DNA from: Vicugna vicugna
Lineage: Eukaryota
DNA length: 64,000 nucleotides
Direction: 5' to 3'
NCBI GenBank assembly: GCA_013265495.1
Contig: MU058198.1
Coordinates: 4,665,779 to 4,729,778 of the forward strand
Below are positions 50,437 through 63,460 of the stretch, in pieces. Within the stretch, counting starts at the first letter, position 1, and every line of letters begins with the position of its first letter. The position numbers were made by a program, and so were the translations under genes. The notes beneath the pieces were generated by a model. It was not told the origin of the DNA, did not search any database, and worked only from the letters and a program-made list of their open reading frames with translations.

Positions 50437-50575
50437 TATTTTATTTTATTTTATTTTGGGGGGGGAGGAGGTAATTAGGTCTATTTGTTTATTTTTAGAG
50501 GAGGTACTAGGGATTGAACCCAGGACCCCGTGTATGCTAAGCATGCCCTTTACCACTTGAGCTCTACCCTCCCCC
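50437..50575 (-). mobile_element. Camelid tRNA-Ala-derived SINE (Vic-1 type)
   Basis: Reverse complement matches 34037-34178; (TTTTA)n tail. Confidence 0.9.
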
Positions 50576-52159
50576 GTTGGACTGCATAGCTCTTGGTGGG
50601 TCTTCCTAATTTGAGAATATTTGATGGCGTGAATTAAACCAAATTTAATTTACTCAGTATTCAAGTTTTCTGTTACTCTATAGATTTTGATCAATCGACC
50701 CAAGGGAATGAGATGGAATATACACCAGAAATGTGCTTTTGGAGAGAGTGAGGGATTAGTATAGGTTATAATTCAACAAATTATAATCATATATATATGA
50801 ACACCCACTGTTTACCAGGTCATAGGACTCCAAAGATAAAGACAAGATCATCATATTTTAGAGGGGCTCAAAGTCAGGTGGAGAAGAAAGACATCTAGTG
50901 TCAGGTATAGTGTGATGAAATGCTTTAGCAGACTTCTCCTTATAGTGCTCGGAAGCATAGATGAAGGGTAATTAATCTGCCTCATGGAAAGCCAGAGAGA
51001 AGAGATGATTTTTCACTTGGCCTTGAGTATTAACTCATGATATTAACTCATCAGACATTATAAGAAGAGAGAAAATAATCGAATATGATTGAAACATGGA
51101 ATGAGGAGAAAAGGGAATAGTCAGTCATCGAAGCAGAAAGGTTGGATGAAGCCACGTTCGTTTGCCAGGCTGAAGAATTTGCACTTCATTTTGCAGGAAC
51201 TGGGGAGCCATTCAACTCGCTTCTTAGAAACACCGTTCTGGCAACAGAATCAAAATGGTTTGAAGACTTCTAGGCAACATGGTAGGGTGAGTACATCAGA
51301 GATCTCCATCCTCTGGTCCGAACACATAGAAACAATCAATAAAACGCTTTGAAAATATTAAAATATATAGATGTACTACATATGAGCAAAAATAAACAAC
51401 AAAAATCTGTCCCTCTCTAACCCCCCTCCAAAATATTTCCATGGACCAAAAGTAGAAGGCCAGGTCACTGTGTTAAGTAGAGGCCACGCCACAGGCCCAG
51501 GAAGGAACATGAGTACAACTTTCTATAAGAAATGAGGACTGAATGTTGCCCATGTGGTGGGAGTGAGGCTTCTGTCTCCCTGGAGCTTTGTACCTTGAGG
51601 CCAGCCTTCCTGGGGTTTCTAACTATGGGACTTCTTGGATAAGTTACTCACTTACTCTGTGCTTCAGTTTCCTCATTGTTAAAGTGGGGAGACTGATAGC
51701 ATCTTCTTTGTAACTCTGTTATAGAAAGTAAATGAATTAAATATGGAAGATGTTCGTACCTTTTTGGAACGTAGTAAGTGCTTACTAAGTGTTGGCCGTC
51801 ATTAGGAAAAAAGGTGGTAAAGCTCAGAAAGTCTGCCCAAGGTTGTGTCCAGAAATGATTTGTCTTTGGTGAAGGGAGGAGGTGGAGACCAGGAAACTGG
51901 GTGAAAACATAAAAATACACAGATGCATTACAAATGAGTAATCACAAACAACAGAAGTCTTTCCATTCCTGATTCAACTCGGAACTGAATCTGGAATTCA
52001 ACTGCCAGCTTTTGGCGGTGTCTGCCTTGTGGTTCCTCGTGGTGACCACCAAAGATTTCAAAGAGCTCAAAGGCATTCGTCTTACTAGGTTAATAGGTCT
52101 CCAGAACTTAGTCATCTTTCATGACCGAGGCTTTGTACCCTCAACCATCTCCCCATTTA

Positions 52160-52412
52160 ATGTACAGCACTATGACTGCAGTTGACAATCCTGTATTAGA
52201 TACTTGAAATTTGCTAGGAGAGATCTTAAGTGCTCTTACTACAAAAAAAAAAGAAGGAAAAAGAAAATGTCCACGATGTGAGGTGATAAATATGTTGATC
52301 AGCTTGATTGTGGTGATTCTTCACAATATATACATATATCCAAACATCAGTTGTGCATCTTAAATATACACCATTTTTCTTTGTCACTTATACCTTTATA
52401 AACCTGGAAAAG
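52160..52412 (+). mobile_element. L1MA-type 3' end
   Basis: tacttgaaatttgcta...gatcttaagtg...tgtgaggtgat...gcttgattgtggtgat. Confidence 0.8.
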
Positions 52413-52537
52413 AAACTTAATAGGAATAATAATTTTAACCACTCTTTATTCCATGTAGATCTAACGAAGATGATCAGTTCCTTTCATGTGCTTTGCTTTG
52501 AGATTCTTAGAGCAAAAATGTGATACGGTTCTAAGAC

Positions 52538-52875
52538 AGAGCTCCCTAATCATTTTTTTGTGTGTGCCATGGGCCTCTTTAGGAGTTTGGTGAAACCTGT
52601 AGACTCCTCAAAGCAATGTTTTGAAGTACATAAAATAAAATATACAAAGGAAACTAATTATATTGAAATACAGTTATCAAGATACAAAAAGAACGCCAAA
52701 TCTGTCATATGGTAAGATCTGTGCTTTTAATTAACACATTAAACAAAAAAGACCCAGCAGTGGGTCTAATAACTAATTTTAAAGAGAGGAAGAGCAAAAG
52801 TAATATTTCTACATTTCTGTAACAACAATAAAATGATAAGAAAATGTCTGTGATTTTTACTAATGACACAGTCAT
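52538..52875 (+). mobile_element. hAT-Charlie element, MER119-like
   Basis: tgtgccatgggcctcttt...tggtgaaacct...ggaaactaattatattgaaatacagttatcaa. Confidence 0.65.
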
Positions 52876-53356
52876 GAATAGAAGTAGGAGTCATATTCAG
52901 AATTCAAATTTATACCTTTAGTTTGAGACTCAAGCCCCATATAAGGCTTTTATGAGATCATTTCCAATACTGACCCAACAGGTTTTGTGCACCTGTTAGT
53001 GGTGGGGATGTCCAATGGCTAAGTGAGTAACAGGCATAGGGATGGTACTCAGTAAATATTTATCAATGAATGAATGAGTGAATGAATGGATGGAGCTGAC
53101 CTACCTGAGAAAGGAGCGAAGGAAAGTGTTCTTATCTCCTGCAGACACTTTCCCTGTCTCTCTCCTCCTCCTTATCTCTCATCCCCGACTTGTACACATA
53201 TGCAGTCACTGCACTGATATTTATTGGGTAGTTCCTACATGAAAGTCACTGTACTAGGACTTGTGGGTGACATCAAGATGAATTTACAAGTTATGAGTCC
53301 AGCCCTAAGATGGACATAGCCTGTGAGGATATGATGGGAACCCAGAAAAACTTCAC

Positions 53357-53487
53357 TCGTGTCTAGCATGTGACCATTTCTTTATTGATTGCCAATTTTT
53401 TTCCTGACAAGTTTCTATAAAACCTGGGAAACCATCAAGGCAAATTTCAAAGTTGGCAATAAGGAAATAGCAGCCAGGTTGCGGGCT
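53357..53487 (-). pseudogene. Candidate exon, 131 bp, phase 0->2, open (SPQPGCYFLIANFEIC...KKWSHARH)
   Basis: tttctttttcag acceptor, CGA|gtgaag donor (moderate); a further acceptor near 53630. Confidence 0.4.
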
Positions 53488-53809
53488 CTGAAAAAGAAAC
53501 CTGTCACACACACAGGGCTTATTCGAACCATGCAATTTGCAAAGCTGAGTTTGGAAGAAGTAGGTCAGTTTGCAGAGTTAGCTGCCATAAGATTCTACAA
53601 ACAGCTGCCTTAGCTGGAACCTGTGCGAGCTAGAAAAAAATCACAGATGGGACCTCTTTAAAATATTCTGTAGAGTGATGCATGCTATTGAATTTTCTGA
53701 AGGTTGTTTTATGAGATGTTTCCATCCTGACTTATTGAGAAATAGGTCATTTCTCCCACAGAATTTGACAACATCTGATTAGATGTGCAAACTTCCTTCT
53801 AGATGTTAC

Positions 53810-53938
53810 CTTTCACTTTCCATAACCCCACTCTGCTGTTGGTTGAAGAAGACGGCTGCACCAGGGCAGATGTGATGCTGGTTGGTTGTCAAGGAGACCT
53901 TTCCTCTTTCCACAGTGGTCAGCTGGCCTGTCAAGTGT
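53810..53938 (-). pseudogene. Candidate exon, 129 bp (open in phase 2; one stop in phase 0)
   Basis: ttttccattctactgtggacag acceptor, AAG|gtaaca donor. Confidence 0.3.
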
Positions 53939-53998
53939 CTGTCCACAGTAGAATGGAAAATCCTGCCTATTTTCCATTTTCCTGGTCCATGATCTAAA

Positions 53999-54213
53999 AA
54001 GGGGGTTGGCAAACTATGGCCCAAGGGTCATTGCCTGTTTTTGTCGGTAAAGTTTTATTGGAACGTGGCCACACCCATTCATTTACATATTGTCTGCTGG
54101 CTGCTTTCATGCTACAACAGCAGACTTGAATGATTGTGACAGATACTCTTAAGGCCTGCAAACCTAAAATATTTGCTATCTGGCCTGTTACAGAAAAAGC
54201 TTGCCAACCCTTG
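53999..54213. mobile_element. MER58A (hAT-Charlie)
   Basis: TIRs ggggttggcaa...ttgccaaccc; taaagttttattggaac. Confidence 0.9.
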
Positions 54214-54932
54214 CTTTAGAAGGCCAACAGTTCAGATGTGCCCTCTTGCTCATGGGATGGCTGGGATTTCCTGGACATGTTTAGGAATACTGAATTGAGT
54301 CTGGGCTGAGTTAATTCAAACTCGCTTCTCCCTTTTCAACCTTAAGCCCTATAAAGACACTAGAGGGTATCAAAATTTGTTCCATCTAAAGAGGAAGTAT
54401 TTTTATTTTGTACAGGTATAGGTGAAGTAAGAAATGTCCCTAAATAACTATAACACAACGATCAAAGTGGTAAGAGAGGTACAGAGGAAAGTTCTCTGGG
54501 AGCTCAGTGTGGGAAAAGCTACTTTAGATTCAGAGGAACAGAAAAAGCTTTACCAAAAAAAGTTGTTTAATTCAGGTTTTGAAGCATGAATAGAATCTGG
54601 ACAAGAACATTATGACAGGGATCAGAATCACAGACCAGATGTGATCTTTGAGGACTTGGGAAAACCCAAACCACCCAGTCTCTTGGGTCCTCTACATCCA
54701 TATACTTGTGAGCCAACAGGCATGTGAAGTCACAGGCATGGAATTATGGAGATCCAAAAAGAGTGGTCCAGCTCTTTTCCCTCTTCTCTCAATTTCCAAG
54801 GTCTTGCCAAAAATGACCCAAGGAGTGCACAAAGAGATGTATAAGGGGAAGTAGGGAAGATGGCCAACATATGCTACAAACTTCAAAAAATTTCTTCTGG
54901 AGTTAGAGGAGTTGGTATTCAATGAAGAGAAG

Positions 54933-55439
54933 TGTGATGGTTAATTTTATGTGTCACATTGGCTGGGCAATGCGATGCCCCAGTTGCTGGTAAAACATTA
55001 TTTCTGGATGTGTCTGTGAGGGTCTCTGGCAATGATTAGCATTTGAAACAGCAGATGAGGGGAGAAGATCTGTTCTCAGCCATGTGGGTGGGCATCCTCC
55101 AATCTGCTGAGGGCCCAAGTAGAGCAAAATGCAGGAGGAGGGTGAGTTCCTTCTCTGTCTTCTTGAGCTGGGACATCCGTCTTCTGCTGCGTTTAGCCAT
55201 CAGAGCTCGTTCTCAGGCCTTCAGACTTCGGGACTTAACACCAACAGCTCCCCCTTCTCAGGTTTTAAGACTCTGCCTGAATTACACCTCCAGCTGTCCC
55301 TCGTTCTCCAACTTGCAGATAGAATATATCATGGAGCATCTCAGCCTTCATCATGGTGGAAGCCAATTTCCACAATAACTCTCTTCTGTGTCTATATGTA
55401 TTCTACTGGTTCTGTTTCACTAGGGAACCCTGACTTACA
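54933..55439 (+). mobile_element. MLT2 (ERVL) solo LTR
   Basis: tgtgatggttaattttatgtgtca...ggttctgtttc...gaaccctgact. Confidence 0.9.
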
Positions 55440-55601
55440 GGGAGGCGGCAAAGGCCACAGTTAGAGATGTGGAAAGTGAGAACACTGCATTACTCTTCAC
55501 ATGGAGAGAGGAGCTGTCTAGAGGGAAGGATAAATATCGTGGTATGAGGGGGAAATACTATGCATGAATTTAATTTATCAGTCAAGAAGCAGCTGCTTCT
55601 A

Positions 55602-56133
55602 AGAGAATATGAAAACAAATATATGTATGTATATGTGTGACTGAAACATTATGCTGCATGCCAGAAACATTGTAAACTGACACAACATTGTAAACTGACT
55701 ATGTTTCAATCAATCAATCAATCAAAAGAGTAAAAAAGACAAGCACAAATATATATATAAAAGGTATATAAAATGCATTTACATATAGTATAAATCCCAC
55801 AATGTAATATAATTTTGTTTAAACAATTGTGTGGTTCCTAGTTGAGAGAAAATGACATAAATAAAAGTAATTTTTATTGTGCTCAAAAACCATATAAAAT
55901 TTACCATCTTAACCATTAAGTGTTAACTATATGTACATTTTTGTGCCACAGAGCTCTAGAATCTTTTCATCTCACAAAAATGGAATTTTATAGCCATTGA
56001 ACAACTCCCCTTTCAACCCTCCTCCCCAGTCCCTGGTAGCTACCATTCTGCTTTCTAAGAGCTTGACTACTTCAGATATCTCATACAAGTGGACTCATAC
56101 AATCTTTGTCTAAAAAAAAAAAAAGAAAAGAGA
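55602..56133 (+). mobile_element. Young L1 3' end carrying a putative 3' transduction
   Basis: 15-bp TSD AAGCAGCTGCTTCTA at 55587-55601 and 56134-56148; two A-rich tails. Confidence 0.8.
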
Positions 56134-57342
56134 AAGCAGCTGCTTCTATGGTCAAAGATGGTAACGTCCAACAGGAAGATGGAAAACCACAAGATTTTCC
56201 CATGACACAGGATGACTTCCCCTGATCGAGTGGGCGGCATCACCAGCAAGACCAGTAGGACCACTGTGTCTTCTTGAAGTAGAGGTCAAGATTCTTAGAC
56301 TATAAAATGAAGATCACTGGTGCCCAGCTAAGTAGCTTTACCAAATACAGAGAAAAAATAAGACAGAGACCTTCTATAGCACGTAGATTTCTATCCAATC
56401 CAATCCAATCTGTACAGTCTGTCGATCCTATAAGTGATAATGAAAAAAGTCATGGACCTATAGAAGCATCCAAGTGAAGAGGAGAGAACTTAAGGAGACC
56501 TCTCATGCTGTCTTTCCCCAAAATTAGACAAAGATTGAAATATCTTCAATCAACCCTGAAAAATAAGAAAAAGAAACAACTTGAGTCCCACGGAAAAATA
56601 TTCCAACACAAAAGAGGAAGGAACATATTGGATTCAAAAGAAGATATCTTAGGGAAAAAAAATAGAAGTACATTTTAGATAACATGTCTTTTCCACTCTC
56701 TGTGAAGTGAAGGTAGAAAGACAGGATGACATCACAGCATTCTATGATGAAACTGTAGCCTGAGATAAAGGGAAAATGCAAGAAAACCAGTAACAGCTGT
56801 GCAGAATTTTAAATTACATTAGAAAGCTAAATCAGCAGTGTAGGACCCATAAACTTGGGAAGCTCTAGAATGCAGAATACAAGAAAAGGCCCAGGAAACC
56901 ATGAGAGAGAATGCTACAACTTATGTCTGGAGGATAGAGAGTGGAGATTTGTGATACAAAGAATTGGTTGTTGGGAGAAAGAGAGGATAAATGTTATATA
57001 ATAATCAAAGACAAAATTGAATGCAGCACTCCTGAACAGAAGAAAGAACCAAGCCTACTGATGTGCAGGTTTCAGCTAGTTGTGGGCGAGTTTAACAGAA
57101 AGAAATGAACTTTGAGCTATATTTTTTTTAAGGCTAAAGAAAGATATCTATGAGCAGAAAGATTGTATGAAAACAGTTACCTACAAAGGCAAGTTCTTAG
57201 GCTGGCTGATTTTTATTTGTCCCTCATGTTCCCTTTCCCTTTCCTCATTCTTGAAAAAGAAGAAATCCTTCCAGGCTCAGGAGTTCATGAAAACACCACA
57301 TTAAAAACTTTTCCTCTCTGATTACCCTTATGGTACCTAAAT

Positions 57343-58080
57343 CTCATCCATGTATTCATCCATCCACCTATCCATCCATCCATCCATCCATTCATCCATC
57401 CACCCAAGAAGTATTTATTGAGCATCTACGCCATGCCAAGTATTGTTATAGACACTACAATTATATCAGCAAACAAAAGAGACCAAATTCCTGCTCACGT
57501 GGAACTTATATCCTAGAAGGTGGAGGAAAATAACGAACAAATATATTATGTGTGATAAGTGCTATAGAAGAAAAACAAAGCAGCCTAAAGCAATGGAGAG
57601 TGGAGGAAGGGCAAAGAACTCTTCTCTAATAAGTTGGCATTTGCACAGAAACCCAAATAAACTGAGGGAAGAGCCCAGGCAACTACTCTGGGGAAGAAGG
57701 GACCAGAAGTACAAATGGCTTGAACTAGAAGTGGGTTTGTTTGGAGTGTTTGAAGAAGAGCAGGAGACCGATTTGGCTGAAGCAGAGTGTGTGAGGGGAC
57801 AGTGGTTAGGATGGAAACTCAGACACATAGGTAGGGAGAGGTTAAATCAGTATGGCTTTGAGACAGTGGTTGGGAGTTTGAATTCTATATCTGGGTGAAA
57901 TGGAAACTGTCTGCACCATTTTGAGCATCTGTGACGTGATCTGACTTACATTTTAAAGGAGTCTCTGTGATTGCTATGTGCAAGACAGACTATGGGAGGC
58001 AGGTAAGGGAAGGAGTAAGGCGACCCTCAGGGAGATATTGAAGAAGCCCAGGAGGGAGATAATGGTGGGTTGGAGCTGAT
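57343..58080 (-). mobile_element. L2a 3' region with (TCCA)n tail
   Basis: (atcc)n then gtatttattgagcatctac...gtgacgtgatctgacttacattttaaagga. Confidence 0.85.
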
Positions 58081-58740
58081 GAGCTCTCCCCAAGCCTCCA
58101 ATAAAAGACAGGGTGCATAGCTCCCGCCAAATCCTGTCTCTGTTCAGCGCCTTCGCTCATGAACCCCTGTCCTCTGAAGTGACATCTTCCTCCTAAACCC
58201 ACTACCAAGTTCCACACATCTCTAAACTGAAATTCTATATGGAAAGCAGCAGTTGCTGTAACGTGTTGCTAGCAAACGCTTACTATCCTCCTCACTCCTG
58301 GTGCTTTTCTGATGGAGATCACGCCTCCACAAGTTCAGTCCACTTCCACTTTCCTTTCAGATTTGTCCTTCTGTCTGCATACGTAAATGTGTTGGGCAGT
58401 CTCTGAAGCAGGACTGACCAGTTCTCTATTCATGATAGTCACCCCATCCCTGAGCCAAAGGAAATACTGGACTGGTGAAAGCTTATTTTATCCTTTTCCA
58501 GTGCTCTTTCTTTCATGACTCAACAGAAACAGAAACAGGTCTTAATTTTTATTAGTTTAGATACATTCACCCTATAACTGCATTAAATTCTCCCCAGATT
58601 TGGGCATGAAAGTTTTTGTCAGGCTTTTTTTTTTTTTTTTGCTGTGAATATTTATTTCAATATGTTTGTAATTTTTAGAGTAGAAATGAGAGCTATACCT
58701 GAAGCTGTTAACCATTCACCATGTTAAATAGATATTAGCA

Positions 58741-59285
58741 TCCATAGATAGATGACTAGATAAAGAAGTTGTGGTATATTTATACAATGGAATACTACTC
58801 AGCCATAAAAAATAATAAAATAATGCCATTTGCAGCAACATGGGTGAATGGACCTGGAGATTGTCATTCTAAGTGAAGTAAATCAGAAGGAGAAAGAAAA
58901 ATACTATATGATATCACTTACATGTGGAATCTTAAGAAAAAAAAGACAAATGAACTTATTTACAAAACAGGAACAGACCCACAGACATAGAAAATAAACT
59001 TATGGTTACCAGTGGGGGGAAGGGGGTGGGAAGGGGTAAATTGGGAGTTTGAGATTTGCAGATAGTAATATATATAAAGTAGATAAACAACAGGTTCATA
59101 ATGTATAGCACACGGAAGTATACTTAATATCTTACAGTAACTTATGATGAAAAAGAATATGAAAACAAATATATGTATGTGCATATTTGACCGAAGTATT
59201 ATGCTGTACACCAGAAATTGATGCAACATTGTAAACTGACTATACTTCAATAAAAATATACATAAAACTAAAAAAAAAACACCCC
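58741..59285 (+). mobile_element. 5'-truncated camelid-type L1
   Basis: tacaatggaatactactcagccataaaa through AATAAA and an A tail; flanks AGATATTAGCA/AGATATTACCA. Confidence 0.9.
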
Positions 59286-59296
59286 AGATATTACCA

Positions 59297-60960
59297 ACAT
59301 TGTACTTAACAGTACAAAGTAAGATAGTAGAGGGTATCACCCTACAGTCAGGGACAAGACAAGAATGGCAGCAACTATCACTATTCTAAGCATTTCCACA
59401 ACAGAATAAGTTTTCAAAACAAGAGTTAGATATACATGACTAGTTAATTAGGGAACACAGTTTGTACCATGTGGCCCACTGAAGTTATGACGGAATTTCC
59501 ATTTCTTATAAATGCACTGAGAAAAAAGCTGTTATGTAAACCAGAGACACATGCTCGTTTTGCTTTAGAGGTTGGCTGTGCTTTTATGTTGTGTTATTTT
59601 TTTCACGTTTGGTTGTCGTCCATCAATCAATACTTCAAACTCAAGGTCGTGGATGATAGAGGAGACCAAGAAATAGCTGAATGAGTAGAATGAAGAGTAA
59701 ATTAGGTCTGTTTTTGCCAACTTTGATTTGGCACTTTTAGCTTATAATAACAAAAATACACTCAAAGCATTGTTCTTTAAATCCTTGCAGGACAAAAAAA
59801 TGTAAATCTGAAACTCTCTTGCTCCATGATTATCTTTTTTCCCAATGAACTCTATATTTATAATGCAATTTTGAAACTTTTACAATAGGTTTAAAACAAA
59901 ATAATTCAGTTATAGAAAAACATACTGTACATTGTTCTAGAGCTTCTTGCCTACATAATAAAACAAGATAAGAGAAATGATCAGTATACATATTGGAAAA
60001 GAAGAGACAAGTTTTTTTTTTTAAGTGATAGGAAAGTCCACCTTGAAAACCCATGAAAATCAACTTAAAAACAATTAGGATTAATATGAAAATTCTATAA
60101 TGTGACCAAACACAAGAGAAATACTTTAAAAATTAACAACTTTTATATACGCCTAAAAAAAGTGAGAAAATTGAATGGATCAAAAAGGGGCCATTCATAT
60201 AATGCCCCCAAAATAAAATGTCTAGGAATAAACTTAAGATATGAGTAGAAGTCTTATGAAGAAAAATATAAACTTGACTGGAGGACATGAAAGAAGACAC
60301 GAATAAACAGAGCCAAGTAATGATGAGACCTATCAAGTTCTGGGACAGAAAGATGGATTTTCATAAATATTTCTATCTAATTGCCTGAAATTAATCTGAA
60401 ATGTAGGGGATATCCCTATATAATTACCAATATGGATTTTGAGGCAAGGAGGATGTCAAAATCATTTCATGGTTCGTTTGTAAGAAGACATAGGATTATG
60501 GCCAAGAATATTTTGAAAAAGAAATGCAATGTGATACACTCTAGTTCTAAAACATATTATGATGTCATACTCCATTGAAACTGTGACCTGCATATAGAGA
60601 CCAACAGATATGTAGACCAGAAAAGAAAGCATAAAAATAGATTTAAGTACAAATAAGTATTTATTATACAAGGATGTTAACATTTTAAATACATAAAAAG
60701 ATGATAGATTATTCAATAAATGACTCTGAGGCAAATGAGTGGCTATTTGGGAACAAAGTTTAAATTCCTATTTAATACTGTGCACCAAAAAAAAAAAACC
60801 CAGATAGATTAAGAAATTAAATGGAACGTGTTAAAACATAGCATAATGTGAAAAAATTATTGGTAAATATGTAATGTAAAATTTAGTTAGGGAGGATCTT
60901 TCTGAATATAGCACTGTATCAGTATATTACACCTCCATGCCAACTATTAGATATTTTGAC
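59297..60960 (+). mobile_element. Old L1ME ORF2 (RT region) relic, interrupted at about 59430-59930
   Basis: tcagggacaagacaagaatg (GTRQGC motif), gaaaacccatgaaaatcaac, gattattcaataaatg. Confidence 0.7.
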
Positions 60961-61354
60961 TATCACCTCTAATGGAGATTCACATGTGTCTCAGGTGGTT
61001 GCTAACCTGGTTAAGCTAGATTTCAGAAAATTATTTATGAGAGATTGAGAAGCTTCCCAGGAAGTGATTCAATCATTGGAAACATAAGTGAAGTATGATA
61101 AACTTGACCAGTGTCTTGATATAGTGATTATAGTTAAGGATTTCTTGGGAATCCAGCATGATGACTAACACCAGATTTTGTCCCTATCTGGCCCCATGAA
61201 TTAATCACTAGGGACTGGAGAGAGACTCTGGTCCATAAAAACTGGAAGAGTTGTTCCACCCAAACTTACAAAACAGTAACCCCACTTTGGTACCATTTAT
61301 AACAGAAAGAAACACGAAATGGATGTGTGTGTGTCAGGGGTGGAATTGATAGAT

Positions 61355-61757
61355 ATGTTTTCAGTCAAGCTAGGCTGGAGGAAGCTATGCTAATAAATGA
61401 TCCCAAACCTCAGTGACTTATAGCAACAAATGTTTATTTCTGGCTCACGTTGTATGTCCATCAGTGCTTAGCTGCTGTCCTGACACACTACGTCTTCATC
61501 CCGGAGTCAGGCTAATACAGCAACCTCTCTTGGGGTCCATACTCTCATGGCAAAGCAGAAAGAAACATGGTAAACCACACACTGTCACTTAAACTTCTGC
61601 TTGGAAGGGACACTTCTGCTTACATTCACTGGCCCAAGTAAGTCACATGACACAGCCTGATGTCAACGGAATGAGGACATAGAACCCTCCCATGACAAGT
61701 GATATCACTAAGAGGGCATAGGAACATTTGGCGGATCAGTCACACAATCTAACACAC
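61355..61757 (-). mobile_element. MLT1J-type LTR
   Basis: ctcagtgacttatagcaacaaatgtttatttc...cattcactggcccaagtaagtcacatg. Confidence 0.8.
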
Positions 61758-63460
61758 CCACTTTCCTAAAGAGCACTTTGCTGCTCTGAAACCTACAGTT
61801 CCCTAGACACTTCTGGGCTATTTGGAAAAGTGCCCTCTGGCCTTGGCAAGACACAGAGTTTTTCTTGAAGCCACGTGCTTGCTCTTCCCTTTCCGAGGTG
61901 AACGCTCAGCCAGTGGAGCAGATGTTGGCTGCCAAGGTGGTGCCAGACCCCACTGTGATGGACAGCTCTTCTGTTTTGTTTACTCTTCCAGGCAGGGTGA
62001 TAAATTCTCCTCCTAATCAAGTTCGGTGTTTCTCCCTCTCAGATGCTCCAGCCCTGCTAATGAATGAGTCCCTGAAGTTAGCGGCTAAGACACAGCACGG
62101 CTGCGCCCCGCTCTGCCTTTGTTATGCAAAGTCATGCCCTCGCTATCTCCCAAACACAAAATTGAGTTCCCGAGTATGGCGTGGATAGATGATGGAGTGT
62201 ACAACAGCCTCGGGTAATTTGTTCACAGTAATTCAGGCCGGCGTACTCTGTCAAGTCCTTTACTGAATACATTTGGTTTCACTTGCTGAGGGAGAATGGT
62301 GCTTGGAGGGAGGTTTCTGGGGTTGTTTACTGTGAATAAAGACCTGAGAGTTCCTGAGCTGTCAGTGCGAGGGACCTGCCGGAGCTTGTGCTCTAAGCCT
62401 TGTCCTTGGGACCAGAGAAAGCTTCAGCTACAGGAGGACTCCCAGGAGCCAATTCCAAGGGAACCGAGACATCCCCCGACTGTCACCACCACCATGACTC
62501 AAGAGAAATCAAATTGAACAAAGAATGGAGATCTTTTTTTTTTCTTCAGAATTTGTATTAAAACCAAGACCGGGCCGAAAGAATTAAAGGAAGAGGATCT
62601 TGAATCATAGCACTTTTCACTGGGCCTGTTCTTGAAGCTGCTTTCCAAACTTGGGTATTAAAAATGGGGCAGATTCAGGGGCAAGACATCCTAGGACTTC
62701 AGTCCTCGGGGCAGAGAAATGCACCTGGCTCTGTGGCCGAATCTCTTAGGGGCAGAAAGGTAATCCAGTGTTGTGAATGTCTAAAGGGTGGAAGGATGTT
62801 GCTTGGAAAAGCTGGTACCACAGAAGATGAGAGAACCAGCAGTGAGAGTAAAGGTGGAAGGTAGAGTTCGAGGTCAATTGGGAGGAAGGGTTACATCACA
62901 CCACTGATTCTTTTTTGGCCTATAACCTGAGGGTTAAATCAGAGCACATATCACCTGATCTGCAGGTGACATCAGAGCTGCCATCACAGTCCTCACCTGG
63001 ACTCCAGGCATCTCCTTGAACAGTCAGGAGCAACGCTGAGAATAACTGGGGCTCTTTAAACACTGGCCATCCACTCTGCACGATATTCATGTGTCTTTGG
63101 GAAAAGATCGATCAGGGTTAGACTTGGTTTTGGTGATGCAGAACACACTGAAGTTAGCTAAACCTGTACTGGCAAAAAACCCTTAAGTTTTAGGACTTTG
63201 ACATAAACATCAAAGGAGCCAGCCAGAGAGACAAGAAAAGAATGTTGATACAGGCGTGCTTGACTGTGGTCATTCACTTCCGGTGTGGACCGTTCCCAAT
63301 GGAGGAACGCTCGTCAGGCACCGAGGCCTTACATCAAAGGAGTCGCAAGTGCAGTGGGCACAGACGTGTCACATGCAGCAAAATAAAGGGCGACTCTCCT
63401 CTTGCTTTAAAGTGAAACACTGTATGCTTGTTCCTCTCCAAAGTGAAAAGAGATACTTAC

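Noticed and set aside
53010..53300. Tail-to-tail L2 ends, as in miR-28/151-type hairpins
   Set aside because: Arms are over 100 bp apart and poorly complementary
3101..59285. L1/LTR orientation bias as evidence for transcription direction
   Set aside because: Orientations are mixed and counts too small to be informative
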